This document shows positions 26,421 to 37,282 of a stretch of 64,000 nt of DNA, one piece after another. The notes below the pieces were generated by a model. The model made no database searches, was not told the DNA's origin, and saw only the letters and a program-made list of their open reading frames with translations. Every line of letters begins with the position of its first letter. Position 1 is the first letter of the stretch. A program made the position numbers and the translations under genes. Source of the DNA: Octopus vulgaris (Eukaryota); NCBI GenBank assembly GCA_951406725.2, contig OX597815.1, positions 25,172,001 through 25,236,000 on the forward strand, read 5' to 3'.

Positions 26421-27266
26421 CAAACTCTAAAATATTACTCATAACAAAAGTATATACACAAAGACATGTAGTTGTGTTTCCTCAGGCGATATGTAAATAT
26501 TGTCTCGACTTCAAGAGCATCCTCTCTGTCTGACATGACCTGAAATTAGTAGTGGCCACTGAGTTTATCAAAGTGTGTTGTTGCTGAAGGACTGTTTGCA
26601 AACTTCTTTGAATGTGTAGATGTAGAGGGATGGTGATTCTGCTTCTGTTAAAGTGGTTGCCGTTTTAAAGGGATTGGTATTTGATTTCTTTGAACTGTTG
26701 ATTTGTTCTTCGTGGCTGGTTACACATGCGATTGTCCTTAGCCGACCTTTAAGAATAGATTCATATGTACACATACATGGTCGTTCACATATACATCCGT
26801 ATATATACTAACGTTCGAACACATAACACGCTCACGCACTCACGCACACACACACACACACAACTAGATCTCCTAATGCAGGGAAACAGTTGCATAATCA
26901 AGTACCTATTTCTTTATTACCCACAAGGGGCTAAACACAGAGGGGACAAACGAGGACAGACAAACGGATTAAGTCGATTACATCGACCCCAGTGCGTAAC
27001 TAGTACTTAACTTATCGACCCCGAAAGGATGAAAGGCAAAGTCGACCTCGGCGGAATTTGAACTCACAACGTAACGACAGACGAATTACGGCTACGCATT
27101 TCGCCCGGCGTGCTAACGTTTCTGGCTGCTCGCCGGTTGCATAATCAAGTACCTGCACGCCTGGAGAACTATGTTGCGTAGAAACAATTGTAGTGATTAA
27201 AAATAAAGGACCAACCATACTCCTTCCTGTTGACTCCAAATTTTTTCAATTATATATACATATACA

Positions 27267-27687
27267 GGCGCAGGAGCGGCTGTGTGGTAAGTAGCTTGCT
27301 AACCAACCACATGGTTCCGGGTTCAGTCCCACTGCATGGCATCTTGGGCAAGTGTCTTCTGCTATAGCCCCGGGCCGACCAATGCCTTGTGAGTGGATTT
27401 GGTAGACGGAAACTGAAAGAAGCCTGTCGTATATATGTATATATATATAAGTGTGTGTGTGTATATGTTTGCGTGTCTGTGTTTGTCCCCCTAGCATTGC
27501 CTGACAACAATGCTGGTGTGTTTACGTCCCCGTCACTTAGCGGTTCGGCAAAAGAGACCGATAGAATAAGTACTGGGCTTACAAAGAATAAGTCCCGGGG
27601 TCGATTTGCTCGACTAAAGGCAGTGCTCCAGCATGGCCGCAGTCAAATGACTGAAACAAGTAAAAGAGTAAAAGAGAGTTAAAGAGT
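27267..27687 (+). mobile_element. SINE family A, full length
   Basis: GGCGCAGGAGCGGCTGTGTGG head through the GTAAAAGA tail. Confidence 0.85.
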
Positions 27688-29628
27688 ATATATATCACAT
27701 ATCAATTAATAAATGACAAAAGAACGGAAATTGCTACAACAAATGTTCGTGCGATACCTTATAGTATTCTTGAAGCCATCAGAATGCAATGTATTTTTAT
27801 TGAAATGCTTGTATTTAAACGCCTCCTGCAATAACCATACACTTTATTTATCTGGCTCCGGTTTCAGTTGCAGTGGAGAAAAATCCCCTCGATTGAGTGG
27901 CATGAGGTCGCTCACCAACACGTTCGGACTACAGGCATGCTGTTTATTGTCTTTACATTTTTACCTCTACTTCTAGAAATGACAGGTCTAATCCTACCTC
28001 CATCTAGATACCCCTAGTTCACTCCTCCCTCTTTCTATCATCACCCATATTGTGTGCACCCTTCAGGTCCCGCATTAAACATTATGCCTGGACATTTTTT
28101 TTTTACGAAAACGTTACCTTGTTGCCATTCTTTCCTTGCACATTTATTCCCTGTCATCGTCAAGAATGCCAACAGCGTCGATCTCAATGAACTCAGTGTG
28201 TCTGCAAATGACACGAGAAAAGCTCTTTTCTTCAGATCAAACCAATAAATATAAAATAAATATTTTTAAAAAATGAGATTGATCGTGCTGCCTTCTCATG
28301 TCCAGTTTTCATGTTTACCTGCGAACAGTGGTCACTCATAATAGTTCTTTAAAAAGCACAATACGGATTATGAAAATGAAATATTCCTGCAAGTTCCTTC
28401 GCACTATACACACTTACCACTTCTATTAATGTATCTGTGAAGAAAGTGGGTATTTTCTTTTTTCCTTTAAGGGGCTGTTTTATTATTTTTATAATCAATA
28501 GTTTAAGACGGCACGCTGGCTGAGTTGTGGCACGCCGAGCGAAATACTTAGCGGTTTTTCGTCTGCCGCTACGTTCTGAGTTCAAATTCCGCCGAGGTCG
28601 ACTTTGCTTTTCATCCTTTCGGAGTCGATTAAATAAGTACCAGTTACGCACTGGGGTCAATGTAATCGACTTAATCCGTTTGTCTGTCCTTGTTTGTTCT
28701 CTCTGTGTTTAGCCCCTTGTGGGTAGTAAAGAAATAGGCATTTCGTCTGTCGCTACGATCTGAGTTCAAATTCCGCCGAGGTCGATTTTGCCTTTCATCC
28801 TTTCGGGGTCAATAAATTAAGCCTTAGTGAAACACTAAGGTCCATGTACTCGACTATCCCCTCCCACCAAGTTTCAGACCTTGTGCCTTTAGTAGAAAAG
28901 AATTATTATAATCGATAGTTTCCCAAGGTATGAAGACATTTCCAAATCTTAAGAACTGTCTAAAACTGCTTTGTAAAGAATAATTTCTGGGTAAATAATG
29001 GTTTTTGATTTTGACACACGGTCAGAAATTTAAGGTTTTAAGTCGATACCATCGACTCCACTACTTAACTTGGGCTTTATTTTATCGACCCCGAAAAGAT
29101 GAAAGGTAGAGTCGAACTTAGAATGTAAGAAGCCGGAAAAAATGCGGCTAAGAATTTTTTCAGACGTGCATACGATTCTGCTTGCTCGCTGTCTTTTCTG
29201 AGTAAATAACCCTTTCTACTAAAGGCACAAGGTCTGAAATACATCGCCCCCAGTACTCAACTGGTACATATTTTATCGACCCCGAAAGGATGGAAGTCAA
29301 TGTTGAACTCGTCGGAATTTGAACTCAGAACCCGAAGACAGACGAAATACCGCTAAGAATTCTAAATAAATAATGCAAGATAAATATAGCATAGAACACA
29401 CCCTCGTACCCACATTGTTCCAGACTACCTATGTATCATAGAAGTCATTGGTTTGTATTGTGCCAGCTCCACTGACCAGTCATGGCTGAATTACTTAACT
29501 TACTAGATTCGAATTTAAGTAGAAATTACTATACATTTTCACAGCAAAACTGGAAAAATTAGCAACAGCTTTGTTAGCTTGCAATCCTGAGTTTAGATTT
29601 TTTGATGACCTTCAGAAGGTGATGAGAA

Positions 29629-30397
29629 ACTATTCTGATAGGCAGTCTTGAGAAGATTGTTGCGATAGACGAAACAGTCTTCTCAAGACGTAAATACAAC
29701 CGAAGAAGGGTACTTGCTACCTGAGCAGTGGGTTTTCGGAAGAATGTGTCACTAGACCAGGTATGTTTTTCGTTATGCAGTGCTATGTCGGAATCGCGAC
29801 GCGCTTGAGGAATGCATATGTCAGTCGGTTTTTCAAGGAACGGCAATTTTCAGCGACTTGTGGAGGTCGTGCGTTCACATTCTTGAAATTGATGGTTATT
29901 ATTTTCGACATAGCACAGTGAACCACAGTTTTACTACAGAAAAATGTATTAATTGCTTACATGAAATGAACTACAGTTTTCTTTTCTTTTTTTCTTTTTT
30001 GTTTGTTTTATGTAATTTAATGTAGTTTGTATTTTTGTATTTTTTCTCAAAAATATTCACTGAGGATTTTCTTTTTATTTTAATCATCTGTTCCAACAAT
30101 TCACATAACTTTATTCATTAAAATCTATTAAAAATTCAAAACTTCTTACATGTTTGTCGTCGTAATGTTGTCATAAACAGCTATCACGCACAAAATGCCA
30201 GCTTCCAAATCCTGTTTTCTGATTGGGTAAAAAAAAAATTATCAAATTTTAAACCTCTGGAACATTTTTAAAAAATTTTCCTGGAACTAGTGAAAATCAA
30301 AATCAGATTCAACGTGAAAATTTACATCTATATACCAAATTTGAAATTTCCACTTAATTTCAAAAGTTAAAAAACGGTGACAATAACAGAAAAGACC
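29629..30397 (+). mobile_element. Merlin (IS1595/ISXO2-like DDE) transposase pseudogene fragment and probable right end
   Basis: Frameshifted translation IVAIDETVFSRRKYNRRRV / LPEQWVFG / GTAIFSDLWRS...HSTVNHSF (29629-29932) carries the typical Merlin motifs. The sequence ends ...AGAAAAGACC at 30397, resembling the local TIR termini. Confidence 0.8.
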
Positions 30398-30661
30398 AAC
30401 ATTTTTCGGGAATAATCAAGAACCAATGCATAAATACATTGTACTGCAAATAAAGATCTAAATAGACGAAAAGAGAAAATCTAAGGAAGAACGAGAATAC
30501 GTTTACGTCATAAATAAATATTTAAAAATTGAAACCAAAAGAATAAGGGAAAGTATAAGGAAAGACGGTGAGAAAAAGAAAGAATAAAGAATGAGTGGAT
30601 GACAGGGAAGAAAAAGAAATAAAGTAAGGAATTGAATATTTTAGCTTCATTAAACAAAAGA

Positions 30662-32146
30662 ATGAACCGTTTGAAAATTCCGAAACGCGTTCCAGAATGT
30701 GGTCGAAAAAGCCTCTTAACTTGGGTAAATAGCAAACTTCGCACAAATTTTTATGATATCAATAACCTGTCAAACGGTGCAGCCTATTGTCGACTTATTA
30801 ATTTAATTCACCCAGGAATAATCGCAGGGAAGAAAATCAAATTAGATCCTTCTCCGTCGGGATGTCTACCCAATTATAAACTACTTCAGAACGCATTTTA
30901 TGTATTAAAAGTGGATAAAGTGATTCCAGTCGAACAACTTATTGCATGTAGTCAGAGGGCATTGCTAACCTTTACTTGCTGGATTAAAATATTTTTCGAA
31001 ATAAATGTTTCTCTTTATTCTGATGTGTCAAATGTTTCCTCAAATAATCCACAAAATAATTCAGGTGATGTAAAAAAAGTTGCGGAAGCTTCAGTAACTT
31101 CAGACCTACAAAGTAGACCCGAATTTGCTAAGAAAACTAAAAAATTAGAATCTGTTAAGGGTGATTTTTCTTCAAATGAACCATCCATTGACTATTTCTT
31201 ATATCAGATTTCAGAAGATAATCCTCCTAAAGGTTCCGAACAAGTTCGCAATCAAATCACACACCTTTTCCAAGATGAAGAGGAAGAGGAATTAAAACTG
31301 GAATCTATTTCAAACGTGTCATTAAGGGAATTTGAAGCTTTAGAAGCAATGCTTGAAAGTAGTCACTGTACAGAATACCCAACCAATTCAACAAGTTATA
31401 AGCTTGATCCACAAAAAGGGCCTTCTTCGAAAATGTTCCAGAAAGAATTTCCTTTTGATGAAGCATTTAATCAATGGTTTGAAAAAGAACTTAATGTAAA
31501 AGGTGGAGGAGAAAATGACGTCATTGACAAAAACAATGAAAGGCAGATTGCTTATAGAAATCATATACCACCAATTAAATTATTTGCTGAACCATCTATT
31601 AACTCTCAAACGTATATACAAGATTCCGATACAACGAAATATCATCACAATGAGCGTTCTTTACAATATAATGCAATTCCGGATTTTCAAACTAACCTGC
31701 AACAACTTCTGGAATTTCAAAGGTCTTCACCCTCGAAATTTTCACAACATCATTTTACAGACACCGAACCTCTGGCGAGTCCTACTGCTGAACCAGACGT
31801 TCACTATTCCACATCATCCTCTTCAAATACAACAAATATGAAGATCGATCGGTCTGATGGTACTTTAAGAGAAGGTTTCAGTTCTAGTCCAACTAAAAGT
31901 TTCTTTCATCCAAGTCGTTCTTCACCACCTTCGATAGAGGAATTACATCAAAATAATAACTTTTCAGGAAAGGAATTCCACGAGACATTGAATTGTGCAG
32001 TGCTTGTTGCTACCAGCATTCATGAAGATTGCAAGTTATCAGACAACAATGATTATGATGAACACTTGACTGAATGCATTTCTGATGAGAAAAAATATAA
32101 CCTTCTGAAGCTAGAAGAAGAAAATGAGAAGACTCTGATTTTTTAA
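30662..32146 (+). CDS. Intronless EB1/MAPRE-like protein: N-terminal calponin-homology domain plus long S/E/N-rich tail (494 aa)
   Basis: 1485-nt open frame from ATG 30662. The first ~115 aa align by eye with the EB1 CH domain (LLTWVN..L, L.NGAAYC, NYKLLQNAF..LKVDKVIPVE.L, F..WIK.FF). AATAAA signals at 32251 and 32261. Confidence 0.8.
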   Translation: MNRLKIPKRVPECGRKSLLTWVNSKLRTNFYDINNLSNGAAYCRLINLIHPGIIAGKKIKLDPSPSGCLPNYKLLQNAFYVLKVDKVIPVEQLIACSQRALLTFTCWIKIFFEINVSLYSDVSNVSSNNPQNNSGDVKKVAEASVTSDLQSRPEFAKKTKKLESVKGDFSSNEPSIDYFLYQISEDNPPKGSEQVRNQITHLFQDEEEEELKLESISNVSLREFEALEAMLESSHCTEYPTNSTSYKLDPQKGPSSKMFQKEFPFDEAFNQWFEKELNVKGGGENDVIDKNNERQIAYRNHIPPIKLFAEPSINSQTYIQDSDTTKYHHNERSLQYNAIPDFQTNLQQLLEFQRSSPSKFSQHHFTDTEPLASPTAEPDVHYSTSSSSNTTNMKIDRSDGTLREGFSSSPTKSFFHPSRSSPPSIEELHQNNNFSGKEFHETLNCAVLVATSIHEDCKLSDNNDYDEHLTECISDEKKYNLLKLEEENEKTLIF

Positions 32147-33078
32147 AATCGGATAAAAATATTCGCGGTTTAGTTTTAGTCAAACCATTTCAAACAAATC
32201 GTTCCAGTTTTGATTAACAAAAAGATACTTAGTTTCAGTGATGAATAACTAATAAAATGTAATAAACCTTACTGTACAACTTCCTATTACCATTTCATGT
32301 ACAACTATGGTATAATGATATGCATCTATATGTTTCATAGTTCAACTGAAATGTTCTTGATGCTTACAAATCTCGAGATACACCCCTCAAACATTTCTGC
32401 AAGGAAGAAAACTATTTTTCGAAAAGTGAATTAAGATGTTCACCTTTAATTTGTATGATTTGATACGTATGATTTAAAAAGGAGGAAGGTATAGTAAAAT
32501 CAAATGAATCGGCTCAAGTACATTATATTTATTAATATTAGTACCATGTTCTTTGGAAGCAAATTTAACTCGGTCCCTGCAGTATTTAAATTTAAAAACA
32601 TAAAACAGTTTCTGAATTAGTTCTCTACAATATATGCCATGTTTACCCAAACTTTTACCTACTAAGGGCAACATTTTCCTACAAGAGTCTAAATGCAGTG
32701 AATTCCCGTAATGTATTTATTGCATACAAACAAAGAATTCACAGTCTTTGTTTTACACTACATCTTTTCTGTATACAATGTTGTTGCCTTTTGACTGCAA
32801 TTTCAACATCACAGTTCTAATTGTACTTTCGTTTTGTTACAATTCTATAAAGTTACAGTAGCTCTGTCAAAAACGAAACGTAGCCTTGCATAAAGGGAAC
32901 GTCTACTTTTTGTTTTTTGTTGCTGTTTTTTTGTTTATTTAATCTTATTTTTATTTCTATTTTCATTTTAGCACGAAGGCAAGCCTTACTGTCATAAGCC
33001 ATGCTACTCGGCTCTATATGGACCAGGAGGTAAGACAGTCTTAAGTGTATTTAAAGACTTTCAGACAGACCGACAAGC

Positions 33079-33164
<86 letters not shown>

Positions 33165-33465
33165 AAGTTGAAGGTTAAACAATATAAAAGGATGTTTCTC
33201 AGTAATCTGATTTTTGACCATACTTTTTTTTTTAAATAGTAGGTAATACTAAATATAAAAAATAGCCGAAAATAGTATAAATTTTTGAAGTTTTAAAATT
33301 ACTAAATTAACATAATACATGATAGGATCTCACGTCATTAAGTGCTCTTGGTAATGATCTGAGGTTGAAACGCTAACTGTAACAGTTCATACACGCGCGC
33401 GCTTGTGTGGACATATGATTGTACTGTACTCAGTAGGGTTTGTATTGATAAGTAAATGGAAGATG

Positions 33466-34408
33466 GGATCTTTTCTTTTTGAAGGCCAGATTTTCCTAGT
33501 TAACTAAAAAAATTTGAAACTTCGTATACTGGTAGAATGTGTCAAAAGAAAACATTATTGTAAACAAAATTGAAAACAAAATTGTAATTTGTAACTTAAA
33601 CGTAGTTTAATTTTAAGAATTTTAACCAATGAAATCCCAACATTGCTGCGTTATCGATATTGATAAAGAAATATAGCAGACGCACGACACACACGACACA
33701 CACATTTGCACAAGCACATAGTAATTAATATATAAGCGTACACACACATACAAACGGACATATACATACACACACATACGCACACAAGCAAAAATACACG
33801 TTCGTGTTTTGCCACTTGCCGCAACAAATTTGCACAGAAGAGGGGGGGTCAATGTTTCATCGTTCCGGGGTCGATAAATTAAGTACCAATTACGCACTGC
33901 TGTCGATGATTTTTTTCCCAATTTATATCACAGCTTCCGACAAGCTGGGGGCATCCTTTTATGAAAAAATATTTCGCAAATTTTTACAATACTACTCACA
34001 CTCCACGCGCAAACTCGAGACCGATTTAGGCATATTATTGTTTTATTTTTGTTGTTTCTGGCCCTTCAAAACCATGGGAGAAGCCTTTTCGGTAAAAAAA
34101 AAATAAAGAAAATATTCAAAAAATATCGTTAATATTTTTATTGGGCGACAAAATTAATCGATTTAAGAGATATAGCTGTTATTTCTAGCACATGTAGAAG
34201 ACAGAAGAAGAGTTAAATAATTTGAGCTCGAATGCTGCGATTTCATTGGTTAAAATTCTTAAAATTAAACTACGTTTAAGTTACGAATTACAATTTTGTT
34301 TTCAATTTTGTTTACAATAATGTTTTCTTTTGACACTTTCTACCAGTATACGAAGTTTCAAATTGTTTAGTTAACTAGGAAAATCTGGCCTTCAAAAAGA
34401 AAAGATCC
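33466..34408 (+). mobile_element. Merlin-type MITE family 1, copy A (long TIRs of ~170 bp, 8-bp TSD GGAAGATG)
   Basis: Termini GGATCTTTTCTTTTTGAAGGCCAGA...TCTGGCCTTCAAAAAGAAAAGATCC. Exact 8-bp direct repeat at 33458-33465 and 34409-34416. Confidence 0.9.
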
Positions 34409-35165
34409 GGAAGATGATTCACTAGTACTTTACGTCAAATTTCACATACACGCAAAACATGTTTGTGGTCTTTCACGTGTCACTCATGAATTGATATCTA
34501 AGCACAGACCACCGGTAAAGCAACCTGTATTGGTTGTTAGTAAGACGGGTTCCTACGGATGAAAGTAATCACGTAGTCAAAAATGTAGCAGATCCAGTAA
34601 ACTGTGATGGAAGCGATCCGGCTGAGATATATATTCATCAAAAAGGGAAGCTAAAATTACTTCACATATCTCGTAGTCGAGAATTTTGCAAATTGTAATC
34701 GTTTACTTCGGGATGTTCAAGCAGTTGAAAATCCAACAGGAAGAATGCTAGCTTTTACAGACGATGAGACAATACTTGAGACTTTCTACTGATGGATATC
34801 GTTAGCTGCTTGTACATCCACTACTTTTAAAATAAGTAAAGCCTACCGTTACGTAATCTGTTTGAATATGAAATATCACTGTCAATAAAATTTAAAGTGA
34901 TAGTAAGGTGACCGTAGCCTTTATCCTTGAGTTCCTAGTCCTTAGAGGAAAACGTCTTGCAGATGTGGAAGGAGTGAAGAAAAAACGACGGCGGCGTTTA
35001 AAAACATCACTGCTTCGAAAAGTAAAAAACACGTCTGGGCCAAAGCATTGTAATCAACTTAGCGATACTATTTTGGTGCGTGATCTACAAGGGAGATTAC
35101 TTTAGGTTACCTTTAAAATTAATTTGTCAATACTTAGCATAATAAGTGTATTTTTTCAAAATTCT

Positions 35166-36809
35166 GGATCTTTTCTTTTTGATGGACGGAATTTTCTAGT
35201 TAACTAAAAAATTTGAAACTTCGTATACTGGTAGAATGTGTCAAAAGAAAACATTATTGTAAACAAAATTGAAAACAAAATTGTAATTTGTAAGTTTAAC
35301 GTAGTTTAATTCTTCGAATTTTAACCAATGAAATCCCAGCATCTTTGAATTTTAACCAATGAAATCCCAGCATTTGAGCTCAAATCATTTGCTGCATTAT
35401 CGATATTGATAAACAAACATAGCAGACGCACACACACACACACACACACACACTCTCTCTCTCTGTCACTCTCTCTCTCTCTCTCTCAAACACATGCATA
35501 TACATTTGCACAAGCACATAGTAATTAATATATAAGCGTACACACACATACAAACGGAGATATACATACACACACAAGCATACATACACGTTCGTGAGTT
35601 GCCCTTGCCGCAACAAATTTACACAAAAGGTAAATGAACCAGAAGGGGGCTCAATGTTTCATTGTTTCGGGGTCGATAAATTAAGTACCAATTACGCACT
35701 GGTGTCGAGGATTTTTTTCCCAATTTATATCACAGCTTCCGACAAGCTGGGGCATCCTTTTATGAAAAAATATTTCGCAAATTTTTACAATACGACTCAC
35801 ACTCCACGCGCAAACTCGAGACCGATTTAGGCATATTATTGTTTTGTTTTTGTTGTTTCTGGCCCTTCAAAACCATGGGAGAAGCCTTTTCGGTAAAAAA
35901 AAAGAAAGAAAATATTCAAAAAATATTGTTAATATTTTTATTAGGCGACGAAATTCATCTATTTAAGAGATATAGCTGTTATTTCTAGCACATGCAGAAG
36001 ACAGAAGACAGGAGCGAGAAGGATGAATAAGACGTGTGTGTGTGAGTTTTAGGGAGCAGCAAATGATTTCAGCTCAAATGCTGGGATTTCATTGGTTAAA
36101 ATTCGAAGAATTAAACTAGGATCTTTTCATTTTGAAGGCCAGATTTTCCTAGTTAACTAAACAATTTGAAACTTCGTATACTGGTAGAAAGTGTCAAAAG
36201 AAAACATTATTGTAAACAAAATTGAAAACAAAATTGTAATTCGTAACTTAAACGTAGTTTAATTTTAAGAATTTTAACCAATGAAATCCCAGCATTCGAG
36301 CACAAATTATTTACCTCTTCTTCTGTCTTCTACATGTGCTAGAAATAACAGCTATATCTCTTAAATCGATTAATTTCGTCGCCCAATAAAAATATTAACG
36401 ATATTTTAAAAATATTTTATTAATTTTTTTTTACCGAAATGGCTTCTCCCATGGTTTTGAAGGGCCAGAAACAACAAAAACAAAACAATAATATGCCTAA
36501 ATCGGTCTCGAGTTTGCGCGTGGAGTGTGAGTAGTATTGTAAAAATTTGCGAAATATTTTTTCATAAAAGGATGCCCCCAGCTTGTCGGAAGCTGTGATA
36601 TAAATTGGGGCAAAAATCCTCGACACCAGTGCGTAATTGGTACTTAATTTATCGACCCCGAAACGATGAAACATTGACCCCCCCCTTCTGGTTTATTTAC
36701 CTTTTGTGCAAATTTGTTGCGGCAAGTGGCAAAACACGAACGTGTATTTTTGGTTGTGAGTGTATATGTATGTGTCCGTTTGTATGTGTGTGTACGCTTA
36801 TATATTAAT

Positions 36810-36847
<38 letters not shown>

Positions 36848-36899
36848 CCGTTTGTATGTGTGTGTACGCTTATATATTAATTACTATGTGCTTGTGCAA

Positions 36900-36931
<32 letters not shown>

Positions 36932-37282
36932 TGCGTCTGCTATATTTCTTTATCAATATCGATAACGCAGCAATGCTGGGATTTCATTGGTTAAAATTCG
37001 TAAAAATTAAACTACGTTTAAGTTACGAATAACAATTTTGTTTACAATAATGTTTTCTTTTGACACATTCTACCAGTATACGAAGTTTCAAATTTTTTAG
37101 TTAACTAGGAAAATCTGGCCTTCAAAATGAAAAGATCCTTAAACTACGTTAAACTTACAAATTACAATTTTGTTTTCAATTTTGTTTACAATAATGTTTT
37201 CTTTTGACACATTCTACAAGTATACGAAGTTTCAAATTGTTTAGTTAACTAGAAAATTCCGTCCATCAAAAAGAAAAGATCC
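35166..37282 (+). mobile_element. Merlin-type MITE family 1, copy B (8-bp TSD AAAATTCT), interrupted by copy C
   Basis: Termini GGATCTTTTCTTTTTGATGGACGGA / TCCGTCCATCAAAAAGAAAAGATCC. TSD at 35158-35165 and 37283-37290. Interior similar to copy A. Confidence 0.9.
36119..37138 (-). mobile_element. Merlin-type MITE family 1, copy C, inserted in reverse orientation in the right TIR of copy B (TSD TTAAACTA)
   Basis: Termini GGATCTTTTCATTTTGAAGGCC / GGCCTTCAAAATGAAAAGATCC. TSD at 36111-36118 and 37139-37146. The TIR of copy B resumes after the TSD. Confidence 0.9.

Noticed and set aside
30632-30661. TTG start extending the EB1-like ORF to 504 aa
   Set aside because: Eukaryotic gene. The first ATG at 30662 gives an N-terminus of EB1-like length before the CH domain.
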